From NCBI RefSeq assembly GCF_001194135.2, contig NC_068982.1, positions 112,595,190 through 112,630,527 on the forward strand: a DNA stretch of 35,338 nucleotides, in the 5' to 3' direction. The first letter of the stretch is position 1; the number at the start of each line of letters is the position of its first letter. The stretch is from Octopus bimaculoides (taxonomy: Eukaryota). The position numbers were made by a program, and so were the translations under genes. Under the pieces are notes generated by a model. That model was not told where the DNA came from. It did no database searches and was given only the letters and a program-made list of their open reading frames with translations. Positions 25,518-35,338 of the stretch are shown here, one piece after another.

Positions 25518-25927
25518 NNNNNNNNNNNNNNNNNNNNNNNNNNNNNNNNNNNNNNNNNNNNNNNNNNNNNNNNNNNNNNNNNNNNNNNNNNNNNNNNNNN
25601 NNNNNNNNNNNNNNNNNNNNNNNNNNNNNNNNNNNNNNNNNNNNNNNNNNNNNNNNNNNNNNNNNNNNNNNNNNNNNNNNNNNNNNNNNNNNNNNNNNNN
25701 NNNNNNNNNNNNNNNNNNNNNNNNNNNNNNNNNNNNNNNNNNNNNNNNNNNNNNNNNNNNNNNNNNNNNNNNNNNNNNNNNNNNNNNNNNNNNNNNNNNN
25801 NNNNNNNNNNNNNNNNNNNNNNNNNNNNNNNNNNNNNNNNNNNNNNNNNNNNNNNNNNNNNNNNNNNNNNNNNNNNNNNNNNNNNNNNNNGAAGTGAAAG
25901 TACGTTATAAAAATAATACTACTGAAC

Positions 25928-26025
<98 letters not shown>

Positions 26026-26042
26026 CAATAATAATGATAAAG
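25928..26042. repeat. (AAT)n microsatellite immediately 5' of the large Dong/R4 element
   Basis: Visible directly. Confidence 0.97.
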
Positions 26043-29000
26043 AGAAGCCGAAGAAGAGTATACCCCGAGGACGTTTAATATGTGAGAGCGATAAAACACT
26101 ACTCCGTAATCTATCCAAAATCATCGGGAATAAAGACATCACATGAAGCCAAAAATAACTGACAAAGTGTTGGACTATATCCGAGTAAGTAATACTCACT
26201 GAAATTTATTTCAATTTTCCTAATGAAATGATGTATTTTAACTGTGTACCAGCTCCATTGCTCGCACAACACATTTAAACACGCTTGCACATTACGATCC
26301 AACCAACACCTGATCATCTCCGTCCACAAACACCATGCGCAAAAAGATTTTAAATAAATTAAATAATATCGGTATTATTCAACCCAAGAATAACAATTGA
26401 GAAGTGCGTACTTTAAACTTATTACACAAAAAGGACGAAATACTACACGTGCAAAACCATTTAACATCAGAAATGAACGGAACGGTACCCTAAGAAAATA
26501 ATGACCGTCAGAATAAAGGGCCGGACGTTATTCCTCATGTCCCACAGTAAACAAAACCATAAAAGCATAAATGGACACGTGAGGAATATATTTCAATCCT
26601 ACATGTTTATTTTACAGCAATGCTCTACCCAAAGAACGAAAATACCATGACATATACATATAAAATTCTGGAAGAAAAATAACCTAGATAAAGACTTGGA
26701 TACAGCAATGAACCCTAATAAACTAGCAAACATACGAAGATATATTCTCAAAACAACAACAAAAATATCAGAAATAGAAATAGAATACTTAAAAAGAAAA
26801 ATACACGAGGAAAATGTAGATAGTAACCACACAGCAATGCCAAATAATATCATAAGCACTGTGACTGTAAAACACGAAGACAGACGTAACATTTCCAACA
26901 AAAGCGAAGTAAACAACTAAAGACAAAAAACCCAAACCGTAGAAATATATGATGATGAGCAAAATGCACCACAGATAAAAATATGAACGGGAGGGAATAC
27001 GAAACAAGCCTAAAACCTGGAAAAAGTGAAGGTGAGCCTAAGGATTACGATACTCTAAAAATGAGCATAATCAAAGAACTGAATGCCACAGATCTCACTA
27101 TGAACCATCGATTGTAACTCTCCAAAATTAAGATTGATACTAAAACAACATCAATAATAGATAGCATGAACCTGGCCGTCACAGAAACAAACGTTAATAT
27201 CACCAGGCTAAATGATATAATATATGCAGCAGCCACTGTGACCACAAAAGAAGCTGGATATTCACTCAAACCCGTCGAAACAGGAGTACCGCCACCCAAA
27301 CAAACCCTGTGGACAAATAATATCCAGAAAAAATAGAAAACAAGAGAAAAGATCTGCCAGTCCTTAATGAAACTAGTAGTCAATCAACATTACTAAGCAA
27401 CAAGAAGAGAACAAGATACTGTGCAAATACAAAATTTCAGAAAAAGGTTTCTCTGAGGTAAAAGAACAGCTAAAGTAAGATATCCTTACCAAAACACAAA
27501 GAATCCGATCGTTTGTGAAACGTCAACTTTTCTTTGAACAAAAGAAACAGTTCAACACCAACTTCAAAAGATTCTACTAAGAATTCGGCAAAAATAAAAT
27601 AGACATCAATGCAGCACCAACAGGAGAGGAAGTGGAAGAATTTTGGAAAGAAATATGGTCGGCGAGGGAAAAACCACAGAAAAGGTCTAACAAAGCAACA
27701 AAATCAGCACCTGAACAACTCTGGACCCCCATAACAACTGAAGAGGTCTCCCAGGCATGCAAAAACTAAGCAACTGGAAAGTACCAGGGCACGATAAGAT
27801 CCCCAACTTCTGATTACAATATCTGACAGGAACACATAAAAAGCTGGCTGAGAAATTTAATGATGCTAGCAGGGCCAGATACAATGCCTGAATGGCTTAC
27901 GGAAGGGAAAAATTTCCTAATACCCAAATCCACTGGAACGGCAAACTCACAAAATTACAGACCAATAACTTGTCTCCCTACAATTTACAAAGCTTTTACT
28001 GCTATAATATAGCAGAGAATGAGCAAGTATCTGGAAAAAAGCAACCTGTTTTCAAAAGAGTAGAAAGGATGCTGCAAGGGCTCATACAGCTGTAAATATG
28101 AACTAATGATCAATAACGCCATAACTGAAGACAGCCGCAGAAAGAAGGATTTAAGTATGGCCTGGATCGATTACCGAAAGGCTTTTGATAGTATTCTCCA
28201 CATATGGCGTAGGAGTGGCTGTGTGGTAAGTAGCTTGCTTACAAACCACATGGTTCCGGGTTCAGTCCCACTGCGTGGCACCTTGGGCAAGTGTCTTCTA
28301 CTATAGCCGCGGGCCGACCATAAGCCTTGTGAGTGGATTTGATAGACGGAAACTGAAAGAAGCCCGTCGTGTATATGTATATATATATATATATATATGT
28401 ATGTGTATGTATAGGTTTGTGTGTCTGTGTTTGTCACCCAACATCGCTTGACAACCGATGCTGGTGTGTTTACGTCCCCGTAACTTAGCGGTTCGGCAAA
28501 AGAGACGGATAGCATAAGTACTATTCTTCCAAAGAATAAGTCCTGGGGTCGATTTGCTCGACTAAAGGCGGTGCTCCAGCATGGTCACAGTCAAATGACT
28601 GAAACAAATAAAAGAGTAAAAGAGTATATGGACCCCAGAAACATTAGCCATGAACAGCATAGCATCAATAATCATAAGACATTCCATGACTAAATGGCAG
28701 GCAATGCTACAGCTCCAAACAAAAGAGGCACTCATAAAAATCAAAGCCATCCCCGTTAGAAGAGGAATATTCAAGGGAGACACGCTCTCTCCACTCCTTT
28801 TCTGCTTGGCACTGACACTTTTATCTGACATGCTAAACAGAACTGGATATGGATACAACTGTTACCTCAAAACAGTCAGCCACCTCTTATATATGGATGA
28901 CCTAAAACTGTACGCTACAAATGATAAAGAGCTGGAAACATTACTTGCAGACAGTACATGGATTTACCAAAGAAATAAATATGAAATTTGGCTTAGAAAA

Positions 29001-29856
29001 ATGTGCCAAAGTAACTTTGAAAAGAGGAAAACTAGTTCAGAGTTGCAACATCACACTAGATAAACAAATGAAATAAGAGAATTAGACCAAAGCCAGACAT
29101 GCAAATATTCAGGAATCAGTGAATTATACACGATGCATCACACACAAATGAATGAGAAAATAAAAAAAAAGAATACTACAGACATGTTACATTTATACTG
29201 AAAACAGAGGTCAATGCGTAAAACAAAGTAATAGGTATCAACACTTTAGCCGTCCCAGTTATAAGTTACAGCTACAACATCCTTAACTGGACTCTAAATG
29301 AACTAAACAAAACTGACAGGAAATCAAGATAAATAATGACAGGATTTAGGATGTACCACCCAAAATATATATATACAACGTACTGAAGGTGGTAGAGGCC
29401 TTATAAAGCTAGAAAACTATTAACAAAATAACCACCATAGGACAACAAAAAAAACTACTTTAGAAGCAACGAAAACTAATAAAAATAGCCGCAAAACACG
29501 AACAAATCAAATAACTGCTTTAAGGAAGCTGACAAATATAAACAAGAAGTCATACTACCTAACAACTATGAAGAAAAAGAAGAAACAACAAAAGCTGTAA
29601 AACAAATGAAATCCATACTAAAACTAGAACACGAACGGATCATGATAAAACAATGGCAAGAAAAGGTCATTCATGGCAAATACTGAGTTACACTAAACGC
29701 AAAAGAAACAGTCAAAGCAAAATCCCAACAATGGTTGAGAATCTTAGGACTCAAAGCAGTCTGAAGGATTTTTAATTGCAGCACAAGACCAAAGCCTCTC
29801 CACCAGAAATTACCAAAAACATATAATGAAAAAAAAAAAAACCATAACAAGTAAAC
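26043..29856 (+). mobile_element. Dong/R4-clade non-LTR retrotransposon, decayed, 5' part present, truncated before CCHC/RLE; interrupted by a SINE
   Basis: KHKWTREEY (26563); NKLANIRRYILK; FWKEIW; SNWKVPGHDKIPNF; DYRKAFDS (28169-28192); RRGIFKGDTLSPLLFCLAL; HLLYMDDLKLYA (~28890); GGRGL; HGKY; AAQDQSL.TRNYQKHIMK (~29780-29830). Multiple frameshifts. Exact 5' boundary is inferred. Confidence 0.9.
28206..28625 (+). mobile_element. Full-length SINE copy D nested in the Dong RT domain, TSD ATATGG
   Basis: Complete head-CORE-microsatellite-tail (AAAAGAGT)2; atatgg at 28202-28207 and 28626-28631; removal restores FDSILHIWTPETL. Confidence 0.95.
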
Positions 29857-30072
29857 TCATCACATGGCCCATAAATGAAAAGGATGAAATGGTAAGTAGA
29901 CGAGTAATTGTAACATTGCCTGAGATGCGCAGAACTCAAAGAGGAGTGTGAAGGATTGTTGACCGATCACAGAATCAACTCTTCCCGAAAGAAAACCATC
30001 GTAAGCATATCATGAAGCAGAATACAGTAACTGCATAATATTCGAACAAGGAAAGAAACACTGTATGCTTAC

Positions 30073-30100
30073 TCCTAGTCAAGGAAGGATATATCTCAAG
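30073..30100 (-). other. Candidate 28-nt micro-exon (LEIYPSLTR or 5' UTR) upstream of the minus-strand gene
   Basis: Minus: acaagtctttcag|CTTGAG...CTAGGA|gtaagc; strong sites; phase 0 in / 1 out is compatible with exon 23545-23630. Confidence 0.35.
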
Positions 30101-30113
30101 CTGAAAGACTTGT

Positions 30114-30173
<60 letters not shown>

Positions 30174-30251
30174 CACATATATGTATATAAAAGAGAAAAA
30201 CAATTTGCTGTAAATCTCTGAGAGAGAAATATACAGTAACAGTAACGAATA

Positions 30252-30515
30252 CAACGGAATGTGGCAGGCCTATAAAGGGCGATGTTACTGTTGTTTTAGC
30301 ACCAGGAAAACATCTTTTACAGCTGGCCATTGACACACAGTTTGTGCCCGTATAGCATTTGCAAGGGCGGTCATTGCTCTAGAATGGGGGCGATGACCTC
30401 CCTTGCAAATGCTATACGGACACAAACTGTGTGTCGATGGCCAGCTGTAAAAGATGTTTTCCTTGTGCTAAAACAACAGTAACATCGTCCTTTATAGGAC
30501 TGCTACATTCTGCTG
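30252..30515. repeat. Fold-back palindrome (~118-bp arms, short loop), possible MITE
   Basis: 30257-30374 is the reverse complement of 30393-30510 with 7 mismatches by eye. Confidence 0.96.
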
Positions 30516-31226
30516 GCATATAAACTTCACTAATTTTTTTTATGTTATGCGAGCATTATGAAATACCAGTAGAAATGACATTCTATATGCTAACAGCAGA
30601 AAAGATTTCAGAGAATGGCAAAAAAAGTCGTGATTTAGGATATGGCAATAGGCAGAGACAGGGAGACTAAGGCAAAATCTAGCAGATATTGTCGTAAGAA
30701 TAGGTCAAAAAAGAACTACCTGCTAATCGATGTATTTCAGTTAATGCTTATCGCCACTTGCATATGTCAAAATGCCATAGTGTTTTTTTTTGTAATTGTT
30801 TTGTCATATTCTTTTCTACTTTGCCATTTTTAAAAATACGTACAATTTATTTCCTTCCTGCGGGCGTAAATTTTGCTACAATCATTGTTGGATCCCACTC
30901 CTACTGCTAGGGTAGCAGATAGCATATGTATAAACTTTTAACATTTATAAATGTTAATCTAATGCTAAAAATGACAAAATGTAAAGTATCCTCTTGCTAA
31001 ACATAGAAATTACACAAGAAAAAATTCTCATTTCTACGGGTAACGTTTCCACAGTAACACAACACGGCACACACACACATGTATGCAGATACACACAAAC
31101 ACACACACACATGAGCGCGCACACACTCTTATTCACTCACACAAAATCTCCAATTTGGAAAGTATTCTGATACCTTTTACAGGAACTCACGTGCTCGCAT
31201 AAGACACGTCCATCATAGGCATTTCC

Positions 31227-31227
<1 letters not shown>

Positions 31228-31289
<62 letters not shown>

Positions 31290-31365
31290 CATCATAATAA
31301 TGATGATGATGATGATGATGATGATGACAATAATAATAATAATAATGATAATAATAATAATAATG

Positions 31366-31418
<53 letters not shown>
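31228..31418. repeat. (AAT)n with ATC/GAT interruptions
   Basis: Visible directly. Confidence 0.97.
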
Positions 31419-31421
<3 letters not shown>

Positions 31422-31843
31422 CTGCCTAAATAAATAAATAAAAGTAATAATGTTAAAGAGAATTAGGAAGAAGTAAGAATTAGATTCGAGATACAAGTAG
31501 AAAATAGACTAAGAGTCAATGCAATATACATTAATAGAAGTAAGACATGTACGAAAGAAGTTATTTGGGGCAGGCGGTATGTTATTAAAGGTTCGTTAAC
31601 AATGAACTGATGTCAAAATCAATACGTTTTGCTTTTAAAATAGCAAAAAAATCATTGTGAATATTGCTGAAATGGATACGAAAATTTTGAAGAGAATACA
31701 TAAAACTGATAGATCACGAATTTAATGAAACTATGAGCATAAAATTCTGATCTAACTACCTCTCACTCCCTTTACATATTTATCAGTCGTTCTCTTCAGC
31801 CTTCGTTCTCTCTTTCTCTCTCTCTCTTTCCATTCTTCCCTTA

Positions 31844-31844
<1 letters not shown>

Positions 31845-31904
<60 letters not shown>
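31845..31904. repeat. (TCTA)n microsatellite
   Basis: Visible directly. Confidence 0.97.
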
Positions 31905-31905
<1 letters not shown>

Positions 31906-32093
31906 ACATTCTATCAGTCTTTCTATCTAGTTATGTGGCACTTGGCTCTTTCTTATTTCTCTTTCTCTTTATCTTTCTCTCGTGATGGGTAGGTGGCTGA
32001 GTGCTTGTATGTTTCATTGAAGATTTACCTATCTTACCATGATGGCTAACAATCCAGTGTGAGATACACTTACACGCGAGTAAAAACCAACGC

Positions 32094-32125
<32 letters not shown>

Positions 32126-32135
32126 NNNNNNNNNN

Positions 32136-32169
<34 letters not shown>

Positions 32170-32899
32170 GCGTGTATGTGCGGATGCATGCATGACATAT
32201 ACAATAATATATACACACATATATATATATATTTATGTATATATTTCGAGGTTCAATTACGACAAAGCATAAATCAAAACTTAGAAATATGCATTCAGAA
32301 TTTTTTTATGCGATCCGTTATATTTGCTAAAATAAGAATCAACAATCTCTCAATCACAAAAGGTTTAATAAATACTACATGCAATGGTCATATTACCCTT
32401 GAATATATCAATCACATCAGTTGCTATACTGCTCTGAATCTCAAAGACCATAAAGGAGTACAAAGAATATTGTGGGAAAAGTAAAATATTGGGTTTAGCA
32501 TGAAGCGTAGCTGATGTAGCTAAACATCGAATTGATAAAGAAATCTTGTTAAAATACGAGTAAACTCGAGGCAAATGGTCAAAAGGAATAGAATTTGATA
32601 GTAAATGAAAGGATATTAGAAATTTTGTGAGAATTGGATTTCGAGCCAAGAAAGTACGTAGATGACATATCGATGATGCACATAGTAAGGTGTAATGTGA
32701 ATAAAGGAAAATGTAACCAAAATCTAGTTTGTGGTAAAGTAAATCCAGAGTAGACCTGTACAGATCTGTGACTAAACCAAGTTTCGATCGAGGCATAAAA
32801 TATCTAGGACTGCATTATCCATTACGACCTTGATTTTTAGGGTGGGATCTAAGGAAAATTTGGCTACTATTTCTCGCTGATCGAGTCACTATGTAGAGG

Positions 32900-33850
32900 C
32901 TCCCACATTGGCATGCAAAATAATGCAAATTTTAACGTAGTCGAAGTGCAAATATAGTTTGGGACGGGCTTCCAAACAAGCAAACCTATTCGACTCACCA
33001 CCACTCGAATTACAGATAAGGTTTAAGCAGAATAAACTGTTCAGAATGTTCACAAGGAACATCCTAGAAGACCGGAAGCATCAGTGAGCTCCAAGAGTTC
33101 AAGAAATGTTGAGTGGCACCTGAGCCGTGAGATGAGAACGTACAGCGTATTTTGAAGCTCTGACATCGGAAAAGTTATATTCCAAGATGATACTGAGTGG
33201 AGAGTGGGGTTTTGTGACTGGTACTTGGCAGGATGTGTACAAGATCCTGATTTTCCTACAGAGATTATTTGGAATAATGAAGTTACATTTATATTAAGTA
33301 GATCGCCACAATTTTACCTACTGCTGATCTGAGAATACGCATATTACGGACGAAAATAATGTAAATTTACCAGTAGTTACAGTATTGTGCGGATATTCAA
33401 CAACAACAAAAAAATTAATTAGACCACGCTTTTTTGGTAGTACTATGTAACTGGACATTACTTGAACTTCCTGGGACAATCTATCATACCAATTATTCAA
33501 AATGACTTTGAAATTGTGGATTTATATTTGGTGCAAGGGGGACTCTCCCACACTGCCATATTGAAATAAGTGCCTATCTTGATGAGATTGTGCCAGACAA
33601 GTGGTTTGGACGAAGAGGTTGAATATAATATCACCCGCTTTTACCCAACCTCTCACCACTATACTTTATTATGGCACAAAAAGACAGAAGTAGACTAACT
33701 GTTGGCAGTCATTGGACAAAAATGTACAGAAATATCAAAAGAAATGTTTCCTTATGTTTGAGCTTCCATAGCTTCACGTAATCAGTAGTACCTGGAGAAG
33801 AACTGTCAACACTTTGAAAACAGGAGTTATAAAAAATTAAATTTTGCGAG
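32900..33850 (+). mobile_element. Decayed Tc1/mariner-superfamily transposase (DUF4817-type HTH N-terminus + DDD domain)
   Basis: VEVQI*FGTGFQTSKPIRLTTTRITDKV...RRP; QDDTEWRVGFCDWYL...PDFPTEIIWNNEVTF; VTVLCG; LIRPRFF; VQGG.PH; WFGRRG...P.LPNLSPLYF, matching ILFSDEA / VWCG / IGPxFF / QDGAPxH / WIGRxG / WPPRSPDLTPLDF. Confidence 0.85.
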
Positions 33851-35338
33851 TAGACACTGTCAAATGTATTTAGATAAATACTGACTTTACAATCATTTAT
33901 TGTTTGTATACACGTGTTTTCGTGGACATGCTATACACACATATTTACATATAATTATTACAGTATTATATAGCTACTCTTATTGCAGATAATTCATGTT
34001 ATTGCATGTTTACGTGTCAAGGAACCTTACAACAGTGAAGGGGTAATTTAACAGATGTCAGACATGGCTTAAATGAAGATTATATATATGTGTGTATGCG
34101 TGTGTGTGTGTGTGTATGTGTTTGTGTGTGTCTTTCTGACTTTCACTTCTCACAGAATACAAACAATATAGGAAACATACATTAACCACTTATTAACATG
34201 GTGGATAAAGAAAATGTGAGGCTAGTTTGAAATAAAATAACAGAAGCAAACGACTAGTCACTTGGAGACAATCACAAGACACTTTATCGTCATAATTTGG
34301 AACGGGCAGTATTCGTAATTTTCACTATGTAAGAATGAATATATATTTTTACAATAGTATAGAAATATCTGTATGTGTATTTATTGTGAAGATTTTTGTG
34401 TATTTATTGGAAAGTTTTTTTTTTATCTCTTCCTAGTAATTTAAATTTGATATCCTTAATTTTCATCATATTTATTATAGGTATGTTGTCTTTTGGAATT
34501 CACCCTTCTTAGATCTCCCCCAGTGGATTTCGACAGAACTGAATACTGATAGTGGTTTAGTTTGTGATATCATAAAACGAATCAATCCTCATTCTGTCAA
34601 AAAAATATAAGAAAAGTAAATAATATGTAAAGTGGCAGCAAAGACAGCTGTATGCTGGCAGGTTCTCTTTTGTTCCATAAAGTTAAGCACCAATATATTA
34701 CCAGGAACATTTAGCGATTTCAGTCCTTTGTAGATAGGCACATGTTTCTCAAACTATTCACAGTGGATCTATGAAACTTAAATAATGATTTAAAGAACCA
34801 TCTGTTTCCAGAAACATTTAAATTGGGAGATTTAAGCAGATAAAACGTAGAAAGCATAAAACTTCTGCAAAAGGAATATAAATAGCAACACTTTATGCAT
34901 GCATGTATGTATTTACGCGTATGCATATATTATATATATGCGTATGCATGTATATGATTATATGTGCATATAGGCATATATATGAAATTTCATACAAATT
35001 CCCATTACTATGTTGTTCTATTTTAAAATTGCCTTTTTTTTTTATCCTTCAAATTTGTTTTTTCTCCAATATTCTGCTTGGGCGCAGATATTATCATAAT
35101 ACATTTGAACATACAATTTATACGGAAATTTTGTATTTAATTTATTATAGATTGTCAATCAACATCAGAGATAACTAAGAAAAAAATCTAAAATTATAAA
35201 AAATAAATATCCTGATAGGTTTTTTTTCAATATAACAGTTTCGATGGTGATGATATGACTGCATATCAGGAACTGCTTAGGCAAAAATTTTGAGACTTGA
35301 TGCGTTCAAATTCCTGCAGTACGATATATATATATATA

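Noticed and set aside
30901-30922. Small hairpin ctgcta-ggg-tagcag
   Set aside because: A 6-bp stem is not significant.
34479-34610. Plus frame YVVFWNSPFLDLPQWISTELNTDSGLVCDIIKRINPHSVKKI* after an AG
   Set aside because: Single unlinked candidate with no homology recognised.

Overview
AT-rich, microsatellite-saturated animal genomic DNA from a gapped scaffold; every N-run is flanked by a simple repeat. The SINE family and repeat landscape suggest an octopus or other coleoid cephalopod (inference). There is no long intact ORF, and the long ORFs in the supplied track are microsatellite or N-gap artefacts. Reading splice signals by eye gives a chain of about 10 small, phase-compatible minus-strand exons from ~30.1/24.3 kb down to ~0.1 kb, so most of the window may be intron of one gene of unrecognised function. 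The introns hold decayed transposons: an RTE LINE (4.7-6.9 kb), a mariner N-terminal remnant, a Penelope-like remnant, four Dong/R4-clade pieces (two abutting (AAT)n tracts), a Tc1/mariner-superfamily remnant (32.9-33.9 kb) and four near-complete tRNA-derived CORE-type SINEs. One SINE is nested in the Dong RT domain with a clear TSD, and three are clustered with an inverted head-to-head junction. Two long near-perfect fold-back palindromes (18728-19216 and 30252-30515) are the most distinctive structures not explained by a recognised element.
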